NCBI GenBank assembly: GCA_964016885.1
Contig: OZ024742.1
Coordinates: 65,844,001 to 65,908,000, forward strand
DNA length: 64,000 nucleotides
Reading direction: 5' to 3'
Origin: Eledone cirrhosa
Lineage: Eukaryota
This document shows positions 41,121 through 56,484 of this stretch, piece after piece. The notes under the pieces are model-generated. The model did no database searches. It had not been told where the DNA came from and saw nothing but the letters and a program-made list of their open reading frames with translations. The position numbers were made by a program, and so were the translations under genes. Positions within the stretch are counted from its first letter, which is position 1, and each line of letters begins with the position of its first letter.

Positions 41121-41325
41121 TATGTATATTTACATACATATATGTATACAGACGTACAGTAGTATGTATATATATATATATACATACATGCACACATATA
41201 TATGTACGTATGGATTTACCGAACATTTATTATAACGCTCGGTGTGTTTGTAAATAAACATCCCGTATTAGGCCGTACAGTGTTTAACAACCATTGTTGC
41301 TCATTTGTTCAACACTGACAAAGGA

Positions 41326-41368
41326 ACGATGTACTAGTTTCAAGCTTATTAGCTATCGTCAGCACCGT
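41326..41368 (-). ncRNA. Type I hammerhead ribozyme
   Basis: ACGGUG-CUGACGA-U-AGCU(AAUA)AGCU-U-GAAAC(UA)GUA-CAUCGU. Confidence 0.8.
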
Positions 41369-41643
41369 ATACCTTCCTGCCAGATGATTGAACGTCTGAA
41401 AGTATCTACTTTCCTTATGCATATTAACGGCTGAGCAGCCTAATTTGCATATCAAGTGAGTTAATCGGTCGGGCGCACCGAAAACGATAAACGAAATGAA
41501 ATTTCGTTTCATTCTCTCCGTTTATCGTTTTCGGTGCGCCCGGCCGATTAACTCACTCGATATGCAAATTAGGCTGCTCAGCCGTTAATATGCATAAGGA
41601 AAGTATAAACTTTCAGACGTTCAATCATCTGGCAGGAAGGTTT

Positions 41644-41686
41644 ACGGTGCTGACGATAGCTAATAAGCCTGAAACTAGTACATCGT
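41644..41686 (+). ncRNA. Type I hammerhead ribozyme
   Basis: ACGGUG-CUGACGA-UA-GCU(AAUA)AGC-CU-GAAAC(UA)GUA-CAUCGU. Confidence 0.75.
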
Positions 41687-41910
41687 CCCACTGTACGGCT
41701 TTAATTCGGGATGTTTGTTTACAAACACACCGAGCATTATAATAAATGTTCGGTAAATCCATACGTACATATATGTATGTGTGCATGTATGTATATATAT
41801 ATACATACTACTGTACGTCTGTATACATATATGTATGTACGTATACATACTTATATTTAAGTAACAGCTGTACTAAGAGTGAGAAATGAAATTTCGTTTC
41901 ATTTTTTCCG

Positions 41911-41975
<65 letters not shown>

Positions 41976-42391
41976 CTTTTAACCGCTGATCAATCAATGA
42001 TAAAGATTGATTGCCAAATAAATTAACTATGGATATATAAAAGATACAGAAGCGAAAACCAACCCAAACCAAACAGTGGGTGTGTTCTGTTATTATTTCT
42101 GGCAATATTATAACAATATGAACCTCCCATAGTATAACAATATTTGTTTCCACATATGATTTGCAAAACAAATTCATATATATATACATATTTAGCTTGA
42201 CTTGTTTTCTGGCTTAGTTGGTTAATGCCTTCTTGACAACTTTTTCAGTTTGTATGGCGTTTTATCTTATGTTTAGCTCTGTTTTTTTAACTATTGAGCG
42301 CTTGCCAGCATAAGTCTGATTTTGCGTTTCGTTTCGCTTTTTCTACCCGCCGAAATGCGATTCTCGCTGAATTTATATTTATATATATATA

Positions 42392-42442
<51 letters not shown>

Positions 42443-42448
42443 ATACAC

Positions 42449-42572
<124 letters not shown>

Positions 42573-42655
42573 AGAGAGAGAGAGTGAGAGGGAGAGAGAG
42601 AGAGAGCGAGCGAAAGAGAGAGAGAGTGAGAGAGAGAGAGAGAGAGGGAGAGAGA

Positions 42656-42693
<38 letters not shown>

Positions 42694-43012
42694 TATAAAT
42701 GCATATAGATATACAATTATGTTTGCAAATATGTTTGGGAAGGTAAGGCATGTGAATTTGCATCATAATTAAATAGCGTTATTAAGAATAATAGGACACG
42801 ATCTTTTCATCATGCGATTTATGTTGAGCCACACAGCTACGTAGAACTAAGTCAACATTATAGACAGAACCCATATTCAAAGATATATTCAAGGTAAACT
42901 GTTATTGGTTAGCTTAGATCAGTCGTGACCAAGTACATGTAAGCGCACAAGTGTTCTACACACGAAAATTCTCTCATTTGTAAGATAAGTTTACATACAT
43001 AAATGTATACGA

Positions 43013-43065
<53 letters not shown>

Positions 43066-43069
<4 letters not shown>

Positions 43070-43218
43070 GAATGTATATATAGTGTATTTGATAATACAA
43101 TGTATGCTTAATTAAAAGCATTTTGAAGACCTTACGCTATCAACAGCGTAAGGTCTTCAAAATGCTTTTAATTAAGCATACATTGTATTACCAAATACAC
43201 TATATATACATTCATATA
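43066..43218. repeat. ~70-bp-arm palindrome in TA tract
   Basis: ..TTTTGAAGACCTTACGCT-atcaac-AGCGTAAGGTCTTCAAAA.. Confidence 0.85.
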
Positions 43219-43242
43219 TACATCGCTATTTCAGAGCACCAA

Positions 43243-43280
<38 letters not shown>

Positions 43281-43344
43281 TCCCCATTATAATCATGCCA
43301 TACTTTGCAGCAAAGAGTTACGGCCCTTTATTATCTGAGTTCAT

Positions 43345-44065
43345 GATCATCGTCATCATTTTACATCATTTCCTCAGAGAGATTTAGCGATTTGAGATCA
43401 ACTCTCACCATTTCCATTCAGGTTTTCCTTGGTCTTCTCCTACTGCGGCTTCCTTCCACAGCGATTACTTGGCAATTCTTCGCCCACCTAGCATCATCCA
43501 TTTGTATCACATGCCTATACCAACGCAGTCTTCTTTCTTGCATACTATATCGTTTTTCTTTTATATCTAGATTCTACCTCAATACTTCCATGTTTCGTCG
43601 TTCTTGCACATTAGCATTGCACATCTATCGAAACATGCTTGCCTCATTTCTCTCCATCCTCCGCATACCCGTTGTGTTTACTGTCCATGTCTCACTACCA
43701 TTCACCATGCCACTTCGCACATAGGCGTCATGCAGCTGACGTTTCATTCGTAGGGAGAAACCTTTTATTGTTAAGAGGGGTAGCAGTACCATAAACTTCT
43801 TAATTCCTTATCCGAGTACCATACTCCACTACTAATTATACCACCAAGGTGACAGATACTATCAATCACTTCTAGGAATCCTTCCTGGAATTGAAAAAGG
43901 TTTCTATTATTTATTTTATTATTAGCACCCTACTATCAAATGACCGTGACCATCTCCTACATAGAACGTCTTCCTTTCTTGTTAGCCTGGTTATTATCCC
44001 ACTACACCTCTTGTGTACCCAATATTTGCATTGAGCACATCGCACAGAGTCTACGTCTAATTCTT

Positions 44066-44068
<3 letters not shown>
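43345..44068 (-). mobile_element. RTE-clade LINE 3' remnant
   Basis: Minus strand CAQCKYWVHKRCSGI and SRRRPRKT-like C-terminus, many stops. Confidence 0.65.
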
Positions 44069-44113
<45 letters not shown>

Positions 44114-44117
<4 letters not shown>

Positions 44118-44217
44118 GGGTGTCCCCAAAAATGTATACGCACTTCAACAGCAATCTAATAAATGCTGTCTGTACAGGTAATCAAAGTGTGTATACACTT
44201 TTTTGGGACAACCTGTT

Positions 44218-44218
<1 letters not shown>
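44114..44218. mobile_element. Tc1/mariner-type MITE
   Basis: TIRs GGGTGTCCCCAAAAATGTATAC / GTATACACTTTTTTGGGACAACCTG in TA context. Confidence 0.6.
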
Positions 44219-44262
<44 letters not shown>

Positions 44263-44612
44263 TGTGAGAGAAGGAGATGGTTGCAAAGCTACAACATCGG
44301 CCACGCGTATAAATATGCTTACAGTTTGCCAATTGTTAAACCTCTGGCATCATGTTTGGTTAAATATATAATATGATCTATAAAACAATTCTATCACCAT
44401 ATCGAAAGGTCTCGAACTTAGTCTGGTGTGAAAAAGGATTTACCGATTTCTCATAAAATGTAGAGTTGTGTGAATTGCTTAAGTTGTTATTAACCTATCT
44501 ATTTACCTATCTGCCTATTTACCTTATTCTCATATAGATAGTTGCATTATATATATAGGTTATATGTGTGTATATATATATATATGAATAACCAGTGTTG
44601 TCTGCTCTAGCG

Positions 44613-44643
<31 letters not shown>

Positions 44644-44737
44644 TTACAGATACCTATGTATATATGTATTTTATAACACAGAGAAACACAATTTGACGTA
44701 TATTAATGGGCTTATACGTCACACACACACACACACA

Positions 44738-44873
<136 letters not shown>

Positions 44874-45099
44874 AAGGTGAATATATGTGTATGCGTTTGT
44901 GCGTGTGGTTATCTAAATGATATATTGTTGCATGAATAATGAAAGGGAAAATCGAATCAGACGCCAAGCACACACATTCCTTGCATACACAATACACATA
45001 CATAAATATTTCACGCACATACAAACAATGTTGAATATCAATAACTAACTCATGTATATATATACATACATACAAGCATGCATACATACATATATATAT

Positions 45100-45202
<103 letters not shown>

Positions 45203-46634
45203 CATATATATACATATATACATGCATAAAGACATACATACATACAAACAAACATAGATACAAACATTCATTCATAAATACATACATTCATTTATACATA
45301 CATACAAACATTCATTCATACATACACTCATTTATACATACATACCTGCATACATATATGCATGCTTACATAGATACATAAATAGATACATACATAAAAC
45401 ATACAAACAGACAGAATGATTAACACATACAAAAGCACACCCATTATCAATTATTAACAGATACACACTTATCATAACAACTCAATATTTATAGAATTAC
45501 ACACAAATACATACTCATACAAGCTTACACGAACCAAGACGCAAAGCTCTTCTTAAATGCTTATATTCCTAAAAATGCTTATACTCCCAAAAGAGCAGAA
45601 CAGCATTGGGAAAACTTTCGAAGAAATATTTCGGTTGAGCAACTTTTAAAGAACACAACCTTCATTGAAGCTGGCTCTGGGGAGCCGATTATTTTGGAAA
45701 GTTCTAGAGAAATCTTTTGAAAGCATCGGGAATGACCTGCATTTAATTCTTAAACATGACCTATTCTTTATACTTCATACAAGTAGCTTCACTCACACAG
45801 ATAGACACACAAACCCATAAACAGACAGACAGACACACACACACACATACCCCCCTCCCCCCACTCACACATATATATATATGTGTATGTGTGTCTAAAT
45901 ATATATCTACGCTTATACATACAAGTAAATATCGTATTTGCAATGAAACTACAATCTACCAAATGTATCCACACAATTTCAAGACCGAAACACCTTTTAG
46001 CGGCCTTCTGGCGAAGAATAGCAAGCACGTGCGAAAGCTATTATAGCCTCGGCTGGTGCAAGAAGTTTGGACCAATTTGCGGCAATGCGTCTTTAAGCCA
46101 AATTGGCGAAAGTAAGTTTGCTAGAGTGAAATACGTCCAGATATAAAGGTAATTGGAAAGAAAACATGCACTGATTGTGTGCGGTAACAAAGGGTAATGT
46201 TTTAAAAGCTTCTGGAGAACGTTCTCAATGTAGTGTATATATACAAGTAGAGTTTCCCAATCTGGATACGGCAAATAGGAAAACATATTAATCAAATAAG
46301 ACTGTCCAGACAATTTCAAAATGGCAAAATACCCATACAGTCAAAAGCATGAGGTAGGTAGACCTTACAAATAATCGAACATCGTATCTCTCCAATACTG
46401 TGAATGCGTTATCTTTATGTCAAGGAACGACTGACACTTTTCCCATTTAATACAAGGATGCTACATTATATTTTGGGCTCAGTTTAGCCAACAGTAAACA
46501 AACGTAATTAATTATCGATGAGCGGGGAGATGTGAGATTTGAAATTTGAAAATGTGAGACTTCGTAAAGTGCAAACAAACGCGCGCACACACACACATAC
46601 ACACATATATATATAAACGTATGAAATATAAACG

Positions 46635-46672
<38 letters not shown>

Positions 46673-46800
46673 AGCGTATATTATATATATATATATAATA
46701 TAAAAACATATGTATAAACACACACACACACAGACACACACATATATATATAAACGTATATATATATATATATATATATGTGTGTAAATATATATACATT

Positions 46801-46849
<49 letters not shown>

Positions 46850-46980
46850 GTATATATATATAAACGTAACTACCTTCAATTTTGATCGCTCTGCACATTA
46901 TTATACACCTGTCGTCTTTCATGCGCATCAGGTGGTCATACCAACTTAGTCTTCTCTCAAGTAAACAGCATCTGATCCCT

Positions 46981-47029
<49 letters not shown>

Positions 47030-47158
47030 AAAGTTATATTTAAAATTGTTGGGTTACAACTAGTAAATATTTATAACTGGTATAAAAGCACTCGACAAAT
47101 ATTTGGAGTATATTTACAATATTAAATAAATGGAAAATTATATTTATAAAACCATATT

Positions 47159-47224
47159 TATTTCATTATATATATTTCGGGGATATCATATTAACAATAT
47201 GCTATGCCTTCATCAGACAAAATA
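47159..47224 (-). ncRNA. Hammerhead ribozyme
   Basis: Reverse complement of 47406-47471. Confidence 0.7.
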
Positions 47225-47405
47225 CAATATAATATAAACAGTTTTATAGACAAATAGGTTCGACATACCGTTATAACACCGACTTCATTTGAAGAGGTTT
47301 AAGCGTATATTATATATATATAATATAATAGCGTAAACCTCTTCAAATGAAGTCGGTGTTATAACGGTATGTCGAACCTATTTGTCTATAAAACTGTTTA
47401 TATTG

Positions 47406-47471
47406 TATTTTGTCTGATGAAGGCATAGCATATTGTTAATATGATATCCCCGAAATATATATAATGAAATA
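47406..47471 (+). ncRNA. Hammerhead ribozyme
   Basis: UAUUUUGU-CUGAUGA-AGG...CCCC-GAAAU(AUAU)AUA-AUGAAAUA. Confidence 0.75.
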
Positions 47472-47513
47472 AATATGGTTTTATAAATATAGTTTTCCAT
47501 TTATTTAATATTG

Positions 47514-47606
<93 letters not shown>

Positions 47607-47619
47607 GAGAGAGATAGAG

Positions 47620-48313
47620 AAGTGGTTACACAAAATTAGTTCACCATACCGAGAACAGTTGTTTCACCTTAGCGGATCCTCAGCTCGTAATGGACATGGT
47701 TATACGGAACAGGTAGGACAACCGTACGAACACGCATGCGCAGAAACGATTACTTCCCACAGGCAATATTAAATTGCGTGCGAGAGGTGTAAGGGTGATA
47801 ACTGCGAAAGTCCGAAAGTTTATAGTTGATAAGAAAATGAGGATGTTGTTGCAATTCAATCCGGAGCTTTGTAGTTATATAAGAGGTGTTTCGAGACGTG
47901 TGGACAAATTGTGAATAATTCATTCCTTGAGTTTAGGCAATCACTATTGCGTAATCTCTTTAGAATTTTTATTCGTTCATCAATATTTAGTCCACACGAC
48001 GAATTGCCCCTTGCGTATGGCTTGGACTTAGTGATGGCTTTCCATTGAATGGAGTAGTCTATACTTGAGTCCTTGAGGGACCATACGTGGATGAACGTCT
48101 GTCCGGGTAAATAAAGGTCGACTCGTGGTTCAGCAAGCGTTCCTCAAATCGGCTCTCCGCCATACCCACATAGGATTTGACCTCCTGTGGTTGATTTGGT
48201 GGGTTGGAAGTGACCGCAGCTTCATAAATTACAACGAGTGTGTTGCATTGCTGTTGAAGAGGACAAGTTTCGGGCTTACGGCAAGAGCACCCTGGTGGGG
48301 TGCTCTTGCGGTA
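47620..48313 (-). mobile_element. PLE 3' fragment (GIY-YIG plus HHR)
   Basis: [52 protein letters not shown]; HHR downstream on the same strand. Confidence 0.8.
47644..47693 (-). ncRNA. Hammerhead ribozyme
   Basis: CCAU-ua-CGAG-CUGAGGA-U-CC(GCUAA)GG-U-GAAAC(AACU)GUU-CUCG-gu-AUGG. Confidence 0.7.
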
Positions 48314-48314
48314 G

Positions 48315-48350
<36 letters not shown>

Positions 48351-48355
48351 CACAA

Positions 48356-48435
<80 letters not shown>

Positions 48436-48534
48436 ATATATATATATAAATATATATATATAAAGAAAAAAAGATGAAATCGAAAATGCAACTGGAGTCT
48501 TATTTTTTTTTTTAAATATATATTTATTTGGTTC

Positions 48535-48570
48535 CTTTACCGGTTTCGCAGTTCTTCTGCTTTTCAAAAG
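48535..48570 (-). ncRNA. U3-A8 hammerhead variant
   Basis: CUU-UUGAAAA-GCAG(AAGAA)CUGC-GAAAC(CG)GUA-AAG. Confidence 0.65.
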
Positions 48571-48656
48571 TAGAGTTGAGATGGAGGGTCTGTTGTTTTT
48601 CTGTGGTTTTTCTCACCAGATGTGAGAAAAACCACAGACCCTCCATCTCAACTCTA

Positions 48657-48692
48657 CTTTTGAAAAGCAGAAGAACTGCGAAACCGGTAAAG
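48657..48692 (+). ncRNA. U3-A8 hammerhead variant
   Basis: CUU-UUGAAAA-GCAG(AAGAA)CUGC-GAAAC(CG)GUA-AAG. Confidence 0.65.
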
Positions 48693-48753
48693 GAACCAAA
48701 TAAATATATATTTAAAAAAAAAAATAAGACCCCAGTTGCATTTTCGATTTCAT

Positions 48754-48994
<241 letters not shown>

Positions 48995-49206
48995 TATATA
49001 TATATATATATCCGACTGAAAGAAATGATGTTAAAGCCAACGAAACGTCAGTATCTGCGTACTGTCACTGTTGTAACAGCTTGCGTATATATAATATGAA
49101 TATTGCATTGAAAAAATAATTGCTTACGTAATACAAGGATATACATAATTGATAGTCTCCTACAGTGAACTAATAGTAGTATCACTGATGCTACAGCTAC
49201 TAATAA

Positions 49207-49325
49207 TAATTGTTTCTACATTTGGCACAAGGCCAGCAAATATCCAGTACATTACTGGTAATTCATTTCATCGACCACGTAAGGGTGAAAGGCAAAGTTA
49301 ACCTCAGCGGGATTTGAACTCAGAC
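49207..49325 (-). mobile_element. SINE family A, truncated
   Basis: Matches the 3' two-thirds of the consensus. Confidence 0.8.
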
Positions 49326-50171
49326 AGTTACTAATAATAATGAAAATATTAATGTTTAATTTATTGGTAAAAAATGTTGCAAATACGTTTGAATCTGTAT
49401 AACAGATGGGGTTAACACATGAGTTGGGTATATACTTAAAGTCGTGTAATAAGTGATAACTAAAACAACAAAATTATTAAGAAATTATAGCTAGACGGAA
49501 ATCTTATCTTTTTCTCACATTCTCTATAATCATAGCCACCGTGACAATAGCATCCTCCATATTAATTGAAGCATTGCTATATCATTATGATATATATGTG
49601 TATATCTATATAATACTAAAACTCTGTGATTCCTTGCTTTCTTGTCTGTAATGTAATGCAGCCAAAAGAGCGCATAATGGGAAAATACTTTGAAAGGAAG
49701 TTGCCCTGAAATCGGAATACAAATGGAATAAAATAAGTTTCGCATAAATCAGACCAGGAGTTCCCGAGATATGGGGGTTTTCTGGGTACCTTCATAAACA
49801 AAGAGAGAAACGGTAGAGAGGAAAAGATAGTGGTTATGACAGAGTAGATTGAAAGAGAGACATAGAGAGAGGGAGAGGAGACAGAGAAGAATGGAAGAAG
49901 GCTGGTGGTGTTATTGTGTATATATGTGAGTGTGTGTATATATATATATGTGTATTTATATATATGTGTGTATATATATATATATATACACACACATATA
50001 TACATATATATATATATATGTATACAAACACACACGTTTATATATGTACATACACACACGTATGTATATAGGCCTTCCAGTTTCATTTCACATTATATAC
50101 ATGTGTATATTTTAATTATTTAAAAATTATTTTCAAGTGAACATGATTTAAAAAAAATATTATGAAGTGAA

Positions 50172-50201
50172 CGTGACCCAACGGGTCACGGGTGGTTTAG
50201 T
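50172..50201 (+). other. Possible Helitron 3' hairpin
   Basis: CGTGACCC(AAC)GGGTCACG followed closely by TTAG^T. Confidence 0.35.
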
Positions 50202-50454
50202 ATGTATTAAATGTTCGAGCGTTGGTTAGATTTGAAATTCTTCGAAAATATAAAAATCGTAAATGCTGCAAATAACTGTAATTGTGATAAACAATAGCTT
50301 CTAAAATCAGGTAATATACCCCGAGAGAAAGAATGTGGTGTGCAGCCGCTACGAACAATTGAATTCCGTACCTCTCAAATTCCGGCCACCACTTTTTTTC
50401 TGTCCATAAGTTTATTTTAGGTGGTTTCTTAGTATTCATAGCAATCAACAATCA

Positions 50455-50502
<48 letters not shown>

Positions 50503-50503
50503 G

Positions 50504-50591
<88 letters not shown>

Positions 50592-51885
50592 CATATTAAT
50601 AAATATATATGTATATATATTATATATATATATATATGTATATATATATTTCATGACCACAATAACTATATAGGACACACCCAAACACGCATCATTATAA
50701 CCATATACTCCATCGCACCACTTTCATCGAAATTTACACTACTACCATAATGTCGAACACAGAACTTGTCGATACCTATAACAGAATATATTGAGGTAGC
50801 TTTCCTTTCACAGTTTATCCTTTAATGGTCAACAAAATAAAGTACAAGTGTGATGTATTATTTGAGTGATTCCTTGCGGTATTTATTCCAACACTTTGGA
50901 ATCTGTGGTCTTGGGTATCCGTCGTCCAGTTTAACACCACCACCTGATCCTCAACAGTTTTTCATAGATTTCATTCTGTTTTAAGTTTTCGGGCCAAATA
51001 TCCAGTTTGCGGATCATTTTCTCTGTTGTTCCCTTCAATTTCAAGGTCCTGAAAAAGTAAAGGGCAATAGGTGCTGTCCTTCCATTTCTGACTATACGAT
51101 AGAAAAATAAATATAAATTTTCGATAACAACAACATTATCAAAGCAGCAAATAAAAACGAACCGGAACATGAAATATCTATATTCACCATAATAACCAAC
51201 TTAATCACCATTACAATCACAACCAGCAGCAATGCTATCAATACAAACACCAACACCTCAAATACAAACCAACAATCAGAGACAAAAGACAACAACAGTA
51301 ACAATTTGCACAATAGATAACTGCAACCATATAAACATCTTCACAAAAACAAGGAAAGCAATAACAGAAAACACTTCTTTTACCACACTTTCGTCTAGAG
51401 TAAACTAGAAAAACAAAAGTCAATATTAACGACAGTTTGACAGACAATTCAATTAAACTCCGTCCGCCACCTAATAATCACAAATCCTCTAGGATGTATT
51501 GAGAAGTAAGATAGATAACCTCCCTTGATTTCGTACTCGCAGCTATATCAATTCAATCCCAATCTTGATCTATGCTGACGTGAACTCAAGTTTGAACATT
51601 TCACTGTATGTCAACTACTGTTTGTATGTAGATGATCTATTTTTCTTCCGTTGATTAGTTCAAGTCGACCCATCACCGCTACCAATAAGGTCACCATTCG
51701 TTGTAGTATTCTAAATTATTGGAAATGGTCCATCAAGGTTTGAAATGGTACGTGTGAGGTGTTAATTTGATGACCGTGATATTGAAGACGATGTGGGTTA
51801 TAGTGTACTTCTAATGGAAGTGGTGATGTTTACAATGATGGTGAAGATTTCTCTGATGACATGATAAATATATGCATAGTATAAG

Positions 51886-51968
<83 letters not shown>

Positions 51969-51986
51969 CATATATATATGTATGTA

Positions 51987-52061
<75 letters not shown>

Positions 52062-52334
52062 CGGTATGTAGACATTTCTTCTAAGTTTGAATTTACACCT
52101 AATTGTGTATGGTTGATGGTATATTTAGACAGTTTCTACATGCTGTTGAAATGTTGGATAAATACTCTATTGGGGCCACCGCGAAGAGGCCGCATTCGGT
52201 TATTTGTCGAAAGTTTCTTCATAGGAGCCTTTATTCTTAAAGCTTGGTCTAATTGATTTTTTATATGGTTAATTATAATAATTGGGAGAGGAAATGGTAT
52301 ATATTTTATCTAATAATTCTAAGGACATGATTTA

Positions 52335-52379
<45 letters not shown>

Positions 52380-52594
52380 AATATAGTTAATAAATGAAAC
52401 AAACATAACACAGGAGGTAAGAATACAGTTATATCAGGGTCACACACACCCAGATACAAGTTGAGGAATACAATATAAGTTTCACATTGCTTATCAGGCA
52501 TAAATGAGGTGTGTATATACATTCGTACACAGGCGTGCGTATAGAAATATATAATCGATATACGCATGTGTGCGTATCGTTTTTTCTTGAATTG

Positions 52595-52668
<74 letters not shown>

Positions 52669-52819
52669 TCTCTCTCTCTCTCTTATATATATATATATAT
52701 ATATATACAAATCTTAGTACAGCATTAACGAAGCTTTAGGCTACGGCTAAGCTAACGAATGCAAATTCGGAATGTAGCTCTAGCACTCGATGGAGAATAA
52801 TACCACATAGTAATAACAA

Positions 52820-52890
<71 letters not shown>

Positions 52891-53380
52891 TATATGTATA
52901 TATAAATATATGTATATATAAATATATGTATATATATATATATATAGTTATAGATGTATATATATATATATATACATATATATACATATATATCTCTATA
53001 TATATGTCTATATATGTCTATATATATACATATATATCTATATGTCTATATATGTGCATATATATATATATATAAATATATGTATATATAAATATATATG
53101 TATATATAAATATATGTATATATAAATATATGTATATATATATAAATATATGTATATATACACAGACATATATATACACACATGTATATACGTATATATA
53201 TATATATATATACATATATACACATTTATATATACATATATTTATATATATATGCACATATATAGATATATATATATATATAGATAGATATATAGATAGA
53301 TAGATAGATAGATACAATTCATACATTCATACATAAATACATACAGACATACATACTTACATATATACATACATATAATT
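52820..53380. repeat. Long degenerate (TA)n/(TAGA)n tract
   Basis: Direct reading. Confidence 0.9.
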
Positions 53381-53785
53381 TTATTGACAGTTCATCTTTT
53401 TCTAGTGAACTATTTGAACTACTATCGTACGTATACAGATTCGTACCTGTCAATAATATTGTACTCTACACATGTATTGACTTCTTTATTCAGTCAATCA
53501 TGTCTGTTTCTCTGAATTTAAAAGTACTTTTTTTTGGCTATAAACTTACTATATTTTCTTTACTTCACTATCCTTTCCCACTTCCCTTCCATTTCATTTC
53601 TGACTTTGTATTTATTTTTCTCTCCCACTCGTTCCAAATTCTTTTTTTCTAATCTTAGAGAAAACATACTTCTTGAAACATCGTAGCTATGTTGTAAGAA
53701 AATTGATAACTCAGTCTCTCTCTCCTTCTTTGTACACACACAGACACACACAGACACACACAGACACACACACACACACGCGCGC

Positions 53786-53868
<83 letters not shown>

Positions 53869-56412
53869 CCCTTCAAATACCTATTGTTACTGAAATTCTG
53901 CTATGTGTATGTCATCATCGTGTGCAGGAAAAAAGTAGGACTTTCCCTTATGTATTTCTAATCAAATCGACTGTCCTACGTACAACTATACGAAACTGAA
54001 ATTTAGCTATTCATAATTCCTGTTTACATCTAGATGGCATACACCATTTCGTAGTATTTAATATTATTTGGAACAGACTTGCCTCTTGCCATTCGTATAA
54101 TATGCGAGGGCAGTGCGAAAGCCCATTGGAGGTCCACACTCCAGAATTGTGAGATTGATGCGATTGATTCATTGCCTGTATATTTCTAGTGTCATATATT
54201 TTAAACTCTGTACATAAAACACGATCTATGTGGGACTTGTCGTCTGATCAGAAAACTTGTGCTAAAAGCTGAGAGAAACCAGATAGTAATACTTGTAGGT
54301 TCACCACTAATACCTAGTTCAATTTCCCTTGTAATTGTCTGTTTATATGTCTAATGGAACTAACACAATTGTTATGGTAGTTATGTTTGTTTTATAGTAA
54401 GGGGTTGAATTGGCAAATTCATTAGAGAGTCGCACAACATGCCTTGCAGTATATGGTCCGAATTTTTGCATAAAAACTCAAAACCTGCCGAAGTGAACTT
54501 TACCTTTAGTACTTCAGGGGATAATAAAATAACACTGAATTGCTGGGGTGCATTGTTTCTTCCATTTGGTGTATGGCAGAGAGCATGTATGGGTTTGCTG
54601 ACTATTACATTTGATGTATGAATATGGGGTAAGAATTGTGACGCCCTGCTTCTGAATTGAGTTCAAGGGTGCATACACGTTATAGTATTACATTCCCAAT
54701 AGGTGAAAATAACATCGTTTCCCACTCTCAGCAAAGCCATCTGTGACATCTGTGACCATCTGTGACATTTTGAATCACCACGCAAAGCTACTGGCCTCAT
54801 ATCATAGATCTGTAACTTTCGATGAGATCACTTTGTTGTAGCTTATGTTTGCAGTGCTCTCCCTCCCACACTTTATCATCTCTGGTCATCCCAATGGTTC
54901 AATTCTTTTCTAGCACGCGTTGCCTTTTTTGCCTTAATGAACTGCTCGCATTCATATCGACGAACATCCAATTTTAAGCATTCGATACCATGCTTCATTC
55001 TTTTATAACTTTCTCCAACCAAGCGCCATCTGCATTTAATTTCGTCACTTCACGTGAAGCCTCCACTGCCTCCATGAGCAGAGACCTTGAATGCAGCTTC
55101 TAAAAGACCATGTCAATCTTCACAGAAAAACAAAACAAAACAAATATTACACTTGACCCCACGTAAACATAAGAAATACGCAACTAGAACAATTGTGGTT
55201 TATTCCAAATGCTAGCTCTCACGACCACCGAGGATGTTCCATTACCAAAACACATTCTTAATGTAGCTAGTAACATATTTCAAAATAAGCCCTTATTTTC
55301 AAAGTCAGACATTGCTTCAACCGACAACTGTTAGTGGCTCTTGCTATGCCACAAGGGAGTAATGTGTTTCTCATTTAAGTGTGCTGCTATTGCAGATAAA
55401 GACATTCTAGATTACCCCTAGATAAACGTCATTCAACTAATTGGACTAAATTCACACGCAGAAACACGCCTGCCTCTGAGCCCAAAAGGTGACGTCTTCT
55501 ACTGCTATTTATAGCATTACTACAATAGCCAATGCTTCTCCGGGGCTGCTAGTCCCACACAGTATTCATTGTGACTCAATCGTATCATATTTCATCACTC
55601 ATGTTGCGTTACTCTGCTACCACTCTGTTTCTGAACTAATCACTGCGTCTAGTCATTCCCACCACTGAAACTCCTTCCATGCTTATGTATTTCCTTCGGG
55701 CGTCGATTTGCAATATATTAAGCAGATAATCAACGGAAAGCCTGTGAAAGCCATGCTTAGGTTTCAGTGAATGGAGATTGGGGTACAAAGAATGATACTT
55801 ACGTACGCTTGGTACTTCAAAGAAATCATGAAACAAATAGTAGATTAGGTGCTAACCTATTGAATGTGATTATCTAGCCCGTCCCAAATAATTTAAATTA
55901 TAGTATTATGAATGAGAAACAAATCATTAGCTGAAATTAACAAAATATCTAATGCTCTAGAGGTTCAGATTTCTCTACTTTGTATGGATGGAAATTTAGT
56001 TAAGTATAATTTCTTGGCTCACTACAGTGTGTAGGTCGGACAGTGTGTATGTATGGGCTGTTAAGCACATAAATCTGGCGGAGCTATCCATCTCCACGTC
56101 TGAACACAGCCTATTTTGTCTAGACAAGAAAAGTGTAAAAGAGGAAGATTCAACTCTAATACTGGAGAATTTATCGCCCTCTAAAGTAGTAAAGAAAAAG
56201 TTGAATCTCTCAGTATTTACATCCACGGAGCAGAAAACAGTAACGAATACCACAGAATATTGTCTACATTGTAGCACTCCTGCTAGTTCAACATCCTTAT
56301 GTATGTATACACGTACATATACACAAACACACTTATTTGCACACACTCATACACACACACACAAATTTATGTATATATATATATATATATACAGGCATAC
56401 ATATAAATATCT

Positions 56413-56443
<31 letters not shown>

Positions 56444-56484
56444 CATTTCATGCATAAGCATGTATTTATATACATATATTGTGA

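Larger units (their letters stand above)
41118..41911. mobile_element. Retrozyme-like HHR element, fold-back pair
   Basis: 41118-41493 inverted vs 41520-41855; full unit 41521-41910 preceded by the previous unit's end. Confidence 0.8.
47028..47515. mobile_element. Fold-back HHR element (family of 28912-30432)
   Basis: About 47115-47305 inverted vs 47335-47515 around a TA spacer. Confidence 0.8.

Noticed and set aside
45540-46330. Complex sequence, possibly exon or old LINE
   Set aside because: Putative RT-like words are out of order and interrupted by stops; unclassifiable by eye
54720-55100. Possible LINE 3' remnant
   Set aside because: No diagnostic motif could be read with confidence
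55996-56346. Open frames on both strands
   Set aside because: No recognisable motif; probably old TE debris
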